Shown: positions 20,520 through 29,883 of the stretch, one piece after another
Layout: each line of letters starts with the position of its first letter
Position numbering within the stretch: the first letter of the stretch is position 1
DNA from: Promethearchaeota archaeon
GTDB lineage: Archaea; Asgardarchaeota; Heimdallarchaeia; Hodarchaeales; Hodarchaeaceae
Reading direction: 5' to 3'
Assembly (NCBI GenBank): GCA_048938105.1
Contig: JBHLMN010000001.1
Location: 224,001-288,000 of the forward strand
Length of the DNA stretch: 64,000 nucleotides
Notes under the pieces: generated by a model
What the model was told of the DNA's origin: nothing
What the model saw: only the letters and a program-made list of their open reading frames with translations
The model's database searches: none
Made by a program: the position numbers and the translations under genes

Positions 20520-21851
20520 ATGTCCCTACCAGACTGGTTCATTTTACAATCTCCGCCTGACCTCGATATTGATGTCAATCAGTGGAAGCAATTAGCATGG
20601 GATCGAGTCAAACTTCTCGAACAATTACCCCAAAATCCTTCGCAAATTATGCGAGATCGTTTCCCAATATATGATGATGCATTGAACCAGATATACAATG
20701 ATTACCGTTTAGGGGCATATTTACTTCGGTTAGTAGCTGCCACTAATCGCCGTTTAGAAGCATGGTTTATAGAGGCAGAGGGAGATTTATTTGAACGATT
20801 ATATTTTGATCGGACATCGTCGGAAGACAAACGAGCCATTTTCAAGTATTTATTCGGTTCAGAGAATGTTATGGAATATGAAGAGTATAAGTACAAAATG
20901 GATGAAAAACGAAATGAAAATTTAGCAGAGCTATATAATCAATATCATTCATCCCGAGGAAGAACAACAAGTGACTTCTTAATATGTGTTCATTTTTCAC
21001 AGATCCCGTGGATGGTTTCGAATCGTAGAGGTTATCTTCGTAAGGGATGGGTCATCTCAAACGAGGTTTCTTATCGGGGAAGCCTTAAAAAAGCCTTTGA
21101 AAAAAAGCTTCAAAATAAAATTGAAGAAGCTCAAGATTTACTAGGAGTCAACGAGAATATAGACCAAATAGTTCAGGAAATTGAGCAAAAACTAGCTAAA
21201 CATACCCAAATTCGTTCACAATTTTCCTCTACTGAATTTGAAGGTAAAGATTTACAATCACATCCAGAAGTTTTCCCCCCGTGTATGATATTCTTATACT
21301 CTGAATTCGAGAAAACTGGTCGTTTGATACATACCCATCGGCTTCAATTAGGTTTTTTTCTGAAGAAAATAGGAATGTCTGTTGATGATCAATTGCATTA
21401 CTGGTTTGAAAAGTCTGTAGACAACCTGAATATAAGTTATGCGGAATTTCAACGAACAGCAGGATACCAAATACGTCATTTGTATGGACTGGAAGGTGGA
21501 AAAAAAGATTATGATGTTCCAAAGTGTTCTACCATAGCCACCAGTTACTTCTGTCCATTTGTTCACTTAGATCCAGGAATATTAATAGAATTTCTTAGTA
21601 ATAATTATCTAACACATAAGAAATCAGTAGCTCCTTCGAAAAAACAATTAGAAAAGATCGTTTCTACTAGTAGTCGTGACCCAACCTTAGCCTGCAAAGA
21701 CTACTTTCCTTTTATTTATAAAAAAAGCTTGTATAGGAAAATCGTTCATCCGTTACAATGGGCTAGGTATGCCAGTAAATTTGAAGGATTAATAGTAGAA
21801 CAGGATGAAACTAATTCTTCAATGATAATTGAGGCGGAAACAGATCAGTGA
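20520..21851 (+). CDS. priL: DNA primase large subunit, eukaryote (PRIM2)-like, with [4Fe-4S] domain
   Basis: FPPCM, RLQLGFFLKKIG, YQIRHLYGLEG..DY..PKC, CPF, AC..YF, HP. Confidence 0.92.
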   Translation: MSLPDWFILQSPPDLDIDVNQWKQLAWDRVKLLEQLPQNPSQIMRDRFPIYDDALNQIYNDYRLGAYLLRLVAATNRRLEAWFIEAEGDLFERLYFDRTSSEDKRAIFKYLFGSENVMEYEEYKYKMDEKRNENLAELYNQYHSSRGRTTSDFLICVHFSQIPWMVSNRRGYLRKGWVISNEVSYRGSLKKAFEKKLQNKIEEAQDLLGVNENIDQIVQEIEQKLAKHTQIRSQFSSTEFEGKDLQSHPEVFPPCMIFLYSEFEKTGRLIHTHRLQLGFFLKKIGMSVDDQLHYWFEKSVDNLNISYAEFQRTAGYQIRHLYGLEGGKKDYDVPKCSTIATSYFCPFVHLDPGILIEFLSNNYLTHKKSVAPSKKQLEKIVSTSSRDPTLACKDYFPFIYKKSLYRKIVHPLQWARYASKFEGLIVEQDETNSSMIIEAETDQ

Positions 21852-22831
21852 ATCGAACTAATCAAAGAACCACCCTTCGGGATTATTATTCTACAAATTT
21901 CAACATAGATGGGCTTGCATCGATTATTGACTTCTCAACTTTTTCAACCCGTGAATTCGGTTTCGCTACTCTTGGAGGGAAGTTTTTTCGAAACATTTCA
22001 TTTGAAAATCCTAAAGCATTGATTGACTTCTTGGTGGATCGAACGCCATATCATGCTTACGTTGGAGCTGTGTATAATGATCCACCTTCTCGGGAAACGC
22101 CTATTCATACCCTAGAATGGCTAGGGCATGAACTTGTCTTTGATATCGACCTGAATGAATATGATGCTGTACGTCAATATGTTTGTGAATGTCAAGGTGC
22201 TGATCAGGTGTGTTTGCGTTGTTGGCAATTAATAAATCTCGCAGTCTATATTATTGATGAAACATTACGACTGGATTTCGGGATGAAAGACATTAAATGG
22301 ATTTTTTCTGGGCGACGGGGAGTACATGGATGGGTTATTGATGATTCAACTTTTTCATTAGATCAAGAACAACGAATGTCTATAATAAATTACCTATCAG
22401 TTATCCACGGAGAAGCAGAGAAAGCTCGAATTCAGGATCGTACAAAATTACAATATGATTTTCGCTACCGAATTGAACACACTGTTTTTAAGTATTTCCT
22501 TGAGAATATCAGACGAAAAGACCTCATAGATCTGGGTTTCAGCTCTTCTGTTGCATCCAATATCATAAAGCAATTAGAACACCAAAACGGACAGATTGAT
22601 GAGAATTTATTAAGAAATTTCAATCTTCGGGTTGCAAAAATAAATAAATACGATGAAATCCTACGACGATGGGTACCACGCATAGATCACAAAGTTTCTA
22701 TCGATTTACGACGATTACTTCGATTACCCAACTCCATCCACGGGAAAACTGGTAAAGTGGCACGAATTTTAGATCCTAGTAAAATATTCTCCTTTAATCC
22801 TGATGAGGAACCTTCAATCTTCTCTAGTTAA
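21848..22831 (+). CDS. priS: DNA primase small (catalytic) subunit, eukaryote (PRIM1)-like
   Basis: REFGF, ELVFDID, Zn motif CECQGADQVCLRCW, FSGRRGVHGW, PRIDHKVS, RLLRLPNSIHGKTG. GTGA overlap with priL. Confidence 0.95.
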   Translation: MNRTNQRTTLRDYYSTNFNIDGLASIIDFSTFSTREFGFATLGGKFFRNISFENPKALIDFLVDRTPYHAYVGAVYNDPPSRETPIHTLEWLGHELVFDIDLNEYDAVRQYVCECQGADQVCLRCWQLINLAVYIIDETLRLDFGMKDIKWIFSGRRGVHGWVIDDSTFSLDQEQRMSIINYLSVIHGEAEKARIQDRTKLQYDFRYRIEHTVFKYFLENIRRKDLIDLGFSSSVASNIIKQLEHQNGQIDENLLRNFNLRVAKINKYDEILRRWVPRIDHKVSIDLRRLLRLPNSIHGKTGKVARILDPSKIFSFNPDEEPSIFSS

Positions 22832-22861
22832 AGCTTCGTATAAGAACTGCTTGCTATTGAC

Positions 22862-23491
22862 TCAAACAGATTTTTGGGCTGCAATACCAAGCCATCCTGG
22901 AGGATGACAAATTTTTCTGACGCGGAGCTCCTCGTTTTGAAAGAGTAGAATAAAATCTTTGAGAAGGAGGGGATTTTCGTAACCAAATATCCATTGTTTT
23001 GTCCGTTCTAAATACCATCTATTTAAACGGTACAAAATGTCTGGAGTTGGCACCCAGCAGACTAACCATCCCCCTGGCCTAACACACTTGGCATGATTAT
23101 GAAACGCGACTCGTTGAACAGACTTTCTAAAATGTTCGAGCAAACCATGTGAATGTACAAAATCAAATTGCCGATTAATTGACAAGTTCAATACATCTTG
23201 TTGGATCAATTTCGGAGATATCTTGGCTTCTCTAAAAAGCTTATTTGCAATAGCCAAGGCAAGTTTTGAAGTGTCAACTAAAGTTGGACTTAGCTTGTAT
23301 TTTTTAGCAAGACGAAGAGAATTTTGGCCTGAAGAAGATCCTATCTCTAATAAGGTTCCTTGAGGTATTTTCAATCCATGTAACAAATAGAGATAATTTC
23401 GCCACACAGTGAAGAAATAATGAGCTCGTATGATAGCAGATGATGTATTTTTAGCATAAGAATCCCAATCTGCAGAAGTAAGTGGCATCAT
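22862..23491 (-). CDS. Class I SAM-dependent methyltransferase
   Basis: LLEIGSSSG, FDFVHSHGLLEHF, VRPGG. Confidence 0.85.
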   Translation of the reverse strand: MMPLTSADWDSYAKNTSSAIIRAHYFFTVWRNYLYLLHGLKIPQGTLLEIGSSSGQNSLRLAKKYKLSPTLVDTSKLALAIANKLFREAKISPKLIQQDVLNLSINRQFDFVHSHGLLEHFRKSVQRVAFHNHAKCVRPGGWLVCWVPTPDILYRLNRWYLERTKQWIFGYENPLLLKDFILLFQNEELRVRKICHPPGWLGIAAQKSV

Positions 23492-23574
23492 TATTTCACT
23501 TTAATGATAGAAAGTATTAGTAATTGAGAATAATGTTCAAGTCAAATACTAGGTTATCGCTCCTGTTCAAAATG

Positions 23575-24888
23575 TTAAAGATTATTAACACTCTTGACAC
23601 AAAATTGTTTGTACGAAGTTTGGAATAAATCCCTTATTCGGGCAGGCTGAAACCATAAACAGCCCCTATTGACTAGGTTTTTAATAAAACCATCGCCAAT
23701 TACTTTTCTTAAGATATTTAATGCCCCATTCACATCCGCATTAATCAAATAATTCACGCTTTGAAATAACCCACGATTACGACGCGTCCCGAGATAATGC
23801 TTATGTTTGTTAATGCGTTCTAAATCTAACGCACTACATTTAGAGGTATAAGCTTCATTAACCTCATAGACCTTAATACCAACTAAATCAGCTTTGTATT
23901 TGAGCATTTGTTTGAGTCGATAGAATGGAATAGTAACGAAATTTTGGTTTGTTTTTTTACCTAATTGGATACCGTCCTTGATATCCTTTAATTCCCCCAG
24001 ACAAATGTTGCCTATCTTGTAATGCAAACAATAGTCAATGATAAACCGACTAGTTTTATGCAGATAGTCTGTAATAGTCATGTTGCGATTCCTGGTAATC
24101 TCCTCTAATTTGGCTGTGAATTGCTTGTGTTTTTGTTTGTCTTTAATCGAAGTCAATTGAGCTTTCTGTTTATTCCAACCTTGATTGATGGATTTGAGGA
24201 TACTCCCTGAAATGATGATTGGGGTTTTGTTTTGGTTTTCTACCATTGTAATCAGATTGTTTAATCCAAAATCAATCCCCAGATAAGCACGAGTGTCTAA
24301 AGCGGAATTAACACCAGTAACTTTGTAAATCACTTCAATCTCAAAATATTTTTTCCGAGGCAAAACTCTGATCTGCTGATAATCAACAAAATTGATTGTT
24401 CTTGTGTGATGTTTGGGAATAGGAATTGTGATAGGCTCTTTCAAGTCAGGATATTTGGCTTGGAAGGTTTTCGACATAGTTAAGATGATTTTGCTTTTAT
24501 TGGTGTCGATTTTACTATTTTGATTAGTAAAGATAAGTAAAAAAGGTTCTGCTTTGGGTTTATAACGGGGGGGATTCGGTTTCCCCCGATACTTATCAGG
24601 ATTGTGGTTCCAGTCTCTGATCGCTTTGAAATAGGAACTCCAATTCTTATCAATCACTTTCAAGAGTTGTTGAGCCGTCTGTGCCTTTAATAACCGGTAA
24701 TGAATGGAATCAGCCTTCAAAAGCCTGTTCAGCTCTAAATACCTCAACCATTTCTTTGTTAGTTGGAGCTCTTGGTTGATTAAATAATTGGCTTGATTAT
24801 AAAGATTCTTGGAAGTATAGCATAGCTGTCTTAACTGGTCTAAGTGGGGATATCGGGGATAATAGCGAAATTTATAGGTTAATCTCAT
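23575..24888 (-). CDS. tnpB: RNA-guided endonuclease TnpB
   Basis: LYNQANY, YLGIDFGLNN (RuvC-I), DYLHK, NQNFVTIP, VNEAYTSKC, RGLF, INADVNGALNILRK (RuvC-III). Confidence 0.95.
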   Translation of the reverse strand: MRLTYKFRYYPRYPHLDQLRQLCYTSKNLYNQANYLINQELQLTKKWLRYLELNRLLKADSIHYRLLKAQTAQQLLKVIDKNWSSYFKAIRDWNHNPDKYRGKPNPPRYKPKAEPFLLIFTNQNSKIDTNKSKIILTMSKTFQAKYPDLKEPITIPIPKHHTRTINFVDYQQIRVLPRKKYFEIEVIYKVTGVNSALDTRAYLGIDFGLNNLITMVENQNKTPIIISGSILKSINQGWNKQKAQLTSIKDKQKHKQFTAKLEEITRNRNMTITDYLHKTSRFIIDYCLHYKIGNICLGELKDIKDGIQLGKKTNQNFVTIPFYRLKQMLKYKADLVGIKVYEVNEAYTSKCSALDLERINKHKHYLGTRRNRGLFQSVNYLINADVNGALNILRKVIGDGFIKNLVNRGCLWFQPARIRDLFQTSYKQFCVKSVNNL

Positions 24889-25474
24889 TTTGAAATTCCT
24901 TGATCCTTTTTTTGGTAAAGTTTTTTCTTCTTGTTGAATACATTGACATCGTATAGCAGTGTAATAACGAAATTATTTCCTGAAAGATTTCCTGCTCTGT
25001 GGAAACTGATTCTAACTCATTCAACACAATTAATTCTGCACCAAATTCATGAAAAAAGGCATTAAACAATTCGAACCCAATTCTACTTAGTCTATCTTTA
25101 TGGGAGATGATGATTTTCTCAATTTTATAGTTGATCAGTTCTCTTAATAAGCTCATTAACTTCTCCCGTTTGAATCGCATGCCTGAGGCAATATCCTCAT
25201 AGATAGCATTTAAGACTATCCCATTTTGAAAGCAATAGTTTTTAATGAATTGAACTTGATTTTCTAAATCAGGTTTTTGTTTTTTGGTAGACACTCTGGC
25301 ATATGCAACCGTTTTTCGAGGTAAATCTTTGTTTAGAAACTTATAGACTGATTTTTCATTATAATCATACCTTCCATTTGGTAGAGTAGTTACTTCAATT
25401 GTGCCTTCTTTCACATACTTTGAGAGAGTCACCCTTGAGATTCTGAGTAAGTTTAACACTTCTTTTGCTTTCAT
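24872..25474 (-). CDS. tnpA: IS607 serine-recombinase transposase
   Basis: N-terminal MerR-like HTH (MKAKEVLNLLRISRVTL), YARVSTKKQKPDLENQ, DIASG, KDRLSRIGF. Confidence 0.95.
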   Translation of the reverse strand: MKAKEVLNLLRISRVTLSKYVKEGTIEVTTLPNGRYDYNEKSVYKFLNKDLPRKTVAYARVSTKKQKPDLENQVQFIKNYCFQNGIVLNAIYEDIASGMRFKREKLMSLLRELINYKIEKIIISHKDRLSRIGFELFNAFFHEFGAELIVLNELESVSTEQEIFQEIISLLHCYTMSMYSTRRKNFTKKRIKEFQNEINL

Positions 25475-25611
25475 GATTATTACTATTCTGAAGTAATACA
25501 TAAATTTTGTTAAATTAATTTAATATTCTTAATTATTTTCTACATTATAAATACTATATTTCTTTCATTGATAAATAATTAAAATCATATTTATGAGTAA
25601 CGGGATAAGAT

Positions 25612-26238
25612 ATGAGATCATTACTATTGACTGGTTTTGAACCTTTTGGGGGATATAACGTCAATCCTTCTGACATAATTGCACAAGAATTGAATGATAC
25701 AACAATTTCACATATTAAAATAATTGGAAAAACGATTCCATTAAGATTTGCTGAAATAAAATCCGCAATTACTCAAGTAATAGACGAAACAAACCCCGAA
25801 ATTATAATCAATACTGGACAAGCTTCACGTCCTTCGATTTCCATTGAACGAGTCGCCATTAATCTAGCAGATGCTTCAAAAGTAGCGTATAATTGTGGTA
25901 CAAAACCGAATGAAAAAACATTGGTAGAAGGAGGGCCAGTGGCATATTTTAGTACTCTACCTATCAAATATATAGAAAAATATCTGAAGAAAAACGATAT
26001 TCCATGCTACATTTCGAATTCGGCGGGAACTTTTGGTTGTAACCAAGTTATGTATCACACCTTGAATTATCTAGATTCATCTTTCCGGTATAATTCGGTT
26101 TTAGCAGGGTTTATTCACTTTCCACTCCTGCCAGAACAGATAGTTAACTCTCCTCAGTCCTCTTCAATGAGTTTGGATGTTATGAGAAAAGCAATTACCT
26201 TGGTTATCAAATGCTTAAAAAATTATGAAAAGAGTTGA
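25612..26238 (+). CDS. pcp: Pyroglutamyl-peptidase I
   Basis: LLTGFEPFGG..NPS, IERVAIN, SAGTFGCN, GFIHFP. Confidence 0.95.
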   Translation: MRSLLLTGFEPFGGYNVNPSDIIAQELNDTTISHIKIIGKTIPLRFAEIKSAITQVIDETNPEIIINTGQASRPSISIERVAINLADASKVAYNCGTKPNEKTLVEGGPVAYFSTLPIKYIEKYLKKNDIPCYISNSAGTFGCNQVMYHTLNYLDSSFRYNSVLAGFIHFPLLPEQIVNSPQSSSMSLDVMRKAITLVIKCLKNYEKS

Positions 26239-26250
26239 AGTAACTGAATG

Positions 26251-27369
26251 TTAAGAGCTGCTAGTAATACTCTGATAAGCCTTATATATAGATTGGGCAA
26301 GATCTTCAGATGTAGTGCCAGGACTTTCGCAGTTATTTCTGTTTAAAAATGATTTTATATACAATCCGAGATCTACTTTGTTCAGATTGACATTACGTAG
26401 ATGTTGTTCCAATTGGGGAAGAATAAAGTCAGGATAAATCCAGAAGTCACCGCTTATAAGAATGTCAACGAGAACTGCCTCCTGAAACTCACAAATCACC
26501 TGTATTAAGCCACCAGTTGACTTGTGTGTTCCTTCTACCACATAATTTGACGCACGAATCTTGACTTTATGAATTAAGTTTTTTCCTCTACGAGCTACTT
26601 GGAATCTCCATTCATCGGTCAGATAGGTAGTTCTCAGTTGTTGCATTAATTCAAGGGTCTCTGGTTCGAGTGTGGTTGGTGTAAGAGAAATATCCAAGAT
26701 TGATTCAAGATTATGTGTATATACTTCAATTATCTCATTTCGATTTGGAATATACCCAAGTTCGTCCTGAAAGGAAGTTATTCCTGCTTCTAAAGATTTA
26801 TAGACCTTATCACGGAATTTCTCGCTTGGTACTCGCAATATTTGAGTCATACCTCTGCGAGGAAAATCTAAAATGAAATTCCCAACTAAAACTTGTGCAC
26901 TCTCGAGAAGTGCAGCTCCATTTCCTGAAATTTTACGTCCTCTAACCAGGATATCATTAATCGGATGATAATTTGCCTCAATATTGAAATGACGGTATGT
27001 CTTAACAACAGGTTCAAGAAGGCTCGAATATAAAGCATTAATCCGCCGTGGAACTTTTTTTGAGTTTATATGAGCTATAACATTGTAAAATAACTGGTTT
27101 GAGTCCAGTAAAACTGCTCCTCCACCACATACTCGCCGAACGACTGGAATATTGTTTGATTCACAGAATTTCATGTCTACAACTTGGTTTAAGGATTGAT
27201 GGAGTCCACAACAGACAATTGGATCTTTTGGCCAATCAATAATCACAAGGTCGTGTTCTTGAATCCCCCTACTCCTTGTTAGGGTGGCAGCATGCCATAT
27301 CGTCTGAGTATTGATGCTATCATTTTCTCCAATGAAAATAAGATCCCATTCATTGTTTTGAGTAGACAT
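26251..27369 (-). CDS. lplA: Lipoate-protein ligase A family protein with C-terminal domain
   Basis: VVRRVCGGGAV, NDILVRGRKISGNG, KFRDK, KSTGGLI, ISGDFW. Confidence 0.88.
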   Translation of the reverse strand: MSTQNNEWDLIFIGENDSINTQTIWHAATLTRSRGIQEHDLVIIDWPKDPIVCCGLHQSLNQVVDMKFCESNNIPVVRRVCGGGAVLLDSNQLFYNVIAHINSKKVPRRINALYSSLLEPVVKTYRHFNIEANYHPINDILVRGRKISGNGAALLESAQVLVGNFILDFPRRGMTQILRVPSEKFRDKVYKSLEAGITSFQDELGYIPNRNEIIEVYTHNLESILDISLTPTTLEPETLELMQQLRTTYLTDEWRFQVARRGKNLIHKVKIRASNYVVEGTHKSTGGLIQVICEFQEAVLVDILISGDFWIYPDFILPQLEQHLRNVNLNKVDLGLYIKSFLNRNNCESPGTTSEDLAQSIYKAYQSITSSS

Positions 27370-27477
27370 AACTATTCATTGACTGCAATAATTTATGGAC
27401 TATTATTAAAATAATGGCATTGAATACGCAAAAAAAAGGTAATATAATGTCTTATTTTCAGTCAAGGAGATAACAGA

Positions 27478-28410
27478 TTGCACTCCTCTAGAGTTGTTTT
27501 TTTGTCAGGGGGTACTGGAACACCAAAACTATTACAGGGTGCGGTAGAGGTAATTGATGCCGATGATATTGCAGTAATTGGAAACACTGGGGATGACTGG
27601 GATTTCTACGGGTTACATGTATCACCTGACATCGATAGTATATTATTTACATTAGCAAATCTTATAGATACAAAGAAATGGTGGGGAATAAAGGATGATA
27701 CTTTCAAATTAATTTTCTTTTTGAAAGAACGATTAAAAGAAGAAATCTGGTTCAATCTTGGCGATTTCGACGCAGGACTTTGTTTATTGAGAACTCATCT
27801 ATTAAGAAAAGGAAAAAGCCTAACAGAGGCAATAGAAATTATTAGGAAACGATTAGATATTCAATCTTCTGTACTACCAATGGCAGATCAAACTATTCAA
27901 ACAAAAGTTCGTATATCAAACAAAACAATACATCTACAGGAGTTTTGGGTTAAATATAAGGGAAAATTAGATGTAAAAAATGTTTTTTTTGAAGGAGACC
28001 TGAGAAAAACAACCAATCAGGTTTTAGATGCCATTAAGCAAGCTAGTACTATTATAATAGGTCCAAGTAATCCTGTTTCCTCGATTGGTCCAATCTTGGC
28101 AATACAACCTTTACGTGAAGCTTTACAAAACGCTTCTGGATACCGAGTCGCTATAAGTCCAATTATCGGAACAAATCCGGTTTCTGGTCCAACATCATCT
28201 TTTTTAAGAGCTTGGGGATATAATATTTCCCCTGTAGTAATTGCAGAACTATTTCATGATGTTTTAGATGTCTTAATGATTCATGATACTGATAAACAAT
28301 ATTTAAATGATATTAAAAAGAAGGATCTCACTCCACTTTTAGAAGACATTTATATTCATTCTAAGAGTGATGCTGTACGATTATTTAAGCGAATAATGGA
28401 TCGTAAATGA
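27478..28410 (+). CDS. cofD: 2-phospho-L-lactate transferase
   Basis: LSGGTGTPKL, NTGDD, HVSPDID, WWGIKDDTF, LGDFD, HLQEFWV, IGPSNPVSSIGPIL. Confidence 0.95.
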   Translation: MHSSRVVFLSGGTGTPKLLQGAVEVIDADDIAVIGNTGDDWDFYGLHVSPDIDSILFTLANLIDTKKWWGIKDDTFKLIFFLKERLKEEIWFNLGDFDAGLCLLRTHLLRKGKSLTEAIEIIRKRLDIQSSVLPMADQTIQTKVRISNKTIHLQEFWVKYKGKLDVKNVFFEGDLRKTTNQVLDAIKQASTIIIGPSNPVSSIGPILAIQPLREALQNASGYRVAISPIIGTNPVSGPTSSFLRAWGYNISPVVIAELFHDVLDVLMIHDTDKQYLNDIKKKDLTPLLEDIYIHSKSDAVRLFKRIMDRK

Positions 28411-29166
28411 ATGGGGAACTTAAGGAATCCAAGTATATTAGCTGCAATGGCTGGTATAACGGATGGTGATTTTGCAAGACATTGTTTGCTGAAAGGCGGA
28501 GCAGGAATGGTTACTATTGGAGGATATTCTATTGGAAAAGAAATGATAACAGCTTCAAAGCAAGTTACTCAAAGAGGCAGAAAGGAATTCATTCTACGTG
28601 TTGGAAAAGAGGCAAATGATATATTGAGAGAAGCACACATTGTCTCCACTTTGACCAAGCTCATCATCAACCTAAGGCTCAATAGCTTAAAGGTTACCAG
28701 AAATTTTGTTCAAAAATTTGAAGATCTCATCAATATAAGCCCGATAATTGAAATTAATGCCCATTGTCGGCAAAAAGAAATTTTGCATATAGGAGGAGGT
28801 CAAAGTCTTTTACAACGTTTTGATGTCCTTACAAATATTATCAAGATATTCCATTCTAAAGATTTTAAGGTTTCTTTAAAAGTACGTGGAAATGCTGTAC
28901 ATCCAGATATATTAATCCCTCAAGTGAATCAATGGCAGCTCGACTATTTACACATTGATTCTTATAAAACAGGAGAGGAAGGAACCGATTTGGAGTTGTT
29001 GGAGCTTTATTCTAATGAAATAAATGTTCCTCTTATAGGAAACAATTCAGTGGTAGATAAAGAAAGTGCTCAAGCTATTTTAGACACAGGGATCCAATAT
29101 TTCTCAGTTGCAAGAGCAGCAAGAATGAATCCCTCTATCTTTAAAACTCTCGTGAAAAATTATTAG
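28411..29166 (+). CDS. MJ0144-like dihydrouridine-synthase-related TIM-barrel flavoprotein
   Basis: LAAMAGITDGDF, GGYS, RGRKEF, EINAHCRQ, IGNNSV, SVARA. Confidence 0.8.
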   Translation: MGNLRNPSILAAMAGITDGDFARHCLLKGGAGMVTIGGYSIGKEMITASKQVTQRGRKEFILRVGKEANDILREAHIVSTLTKLIINLRLNSLKVTRNFVQKFEDLINISPIIEINAHCRQKEILHIGGGQSLLQRFDVLTNIIKIFHSKDFKVSLKVRGNAVHPDILIPQVNQWQLDYLHIDSYKTGEEGTDLELLELYSNEINVPLIGNNSVVDKESAQAILDTGIQYFSVARAARMNPSIFKTLVKNY

Positions 29167-29230
29167 AATTGATTTTTTTACTTCCTCTTGAATAAACGAA
29201 GGTGTTTAGCTTCTGGAAAAATCTGAGATT

Positions 29231-29881
29231 ATGATACTTATTCCTATTAAAGATTTTTTTGAAACAAAAACACGAATAAAGTCAGCTATACCTGCAAGGT
29301 TTTCCTCGCTTATAGATAATTTAGTAGAAGTCACATTTTTCCAAACCATTGATATTATAAGATCAACTTCATATCTTTTTGGTGTTATTTCTCCTTCGAT
29401 TTCTATTCTAAACCAAAGTAAGGAATTAGGAGCTATATTTACTTATTGTGACTTGGGTATCGATTTAAATTTAGCGTTAACAGAAGCTATTCAAGAAATA
29501 GCACGAGAACAGCAAATTCTAATCCTTATGCCAGATTTACCATACATATCTCAAGAATTTTTACAACAGTTGGTTAATGAAACTGTAAATAATGATGTAC
29601 TGATCGTTCCATCAATTTCAAGTGATGAAAATTCAGGAACCGCTGCATTGTATTTAAAAAAACCTGATTTATTATCATTTCAATACGGAAAATATAGTTC
29701 CAAACGATTTCAATCAGAAGCTAATTCCAAGAACCTCAAGTGTCATGTAATCAACTTTGATCCTTTTGCTAGAGATTTAGATACTATAAATGATGTTGAA
29801 TATTTAAAACAGCATTTGATGTTGGTTTTTGAGCCTAATCGCTTTAGAAAAATATTAGAACAGATAGAGGTAATGAAATAG
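29231..29881 (+). CDS. cofC: 2-phospho-L-lactate/PEP guanylyltransferase
   Basis: IPIKDFFETKTRI, DLNLAL, MPDLP, GTAAL, FQYG..S..RF, DLDTINDV; next to cofD. Confidence 0.85.
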   Translation: MILIPIKDFFETKTRIKSAIPARFSSLIDNLVEVTFFQTIDIIRSTSYLFGVISPSISILNQSKELGAIFTYCDLGIDLNLALTEAIQEIAREQQILILMPDLPYISQEFLQQLVNETVNNDVLIVPSISSDENSGTAALYLKKPDLLSFQYGKYSSKRFQSEANSKNLKCHVINFDPFARDLDTINDVEYLKQHLMLVFEPNRFRKILEQIEVMK

Positions 29882-29883
29882 CT

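Larger units (their letters stand above)
23563..25541 (-). mobile_element. IS607-family insertion sequence (tnpA serine recombinase plus tnpB); boundaries approximate
   Basis: Overlapping tnpA-tnpB pair inserted between divergent host genes. AT-rich ends with periodic TTAA motifs; the putative right end reads ...TTTTGAACAG on the minus strand. Confidence 0.85.
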
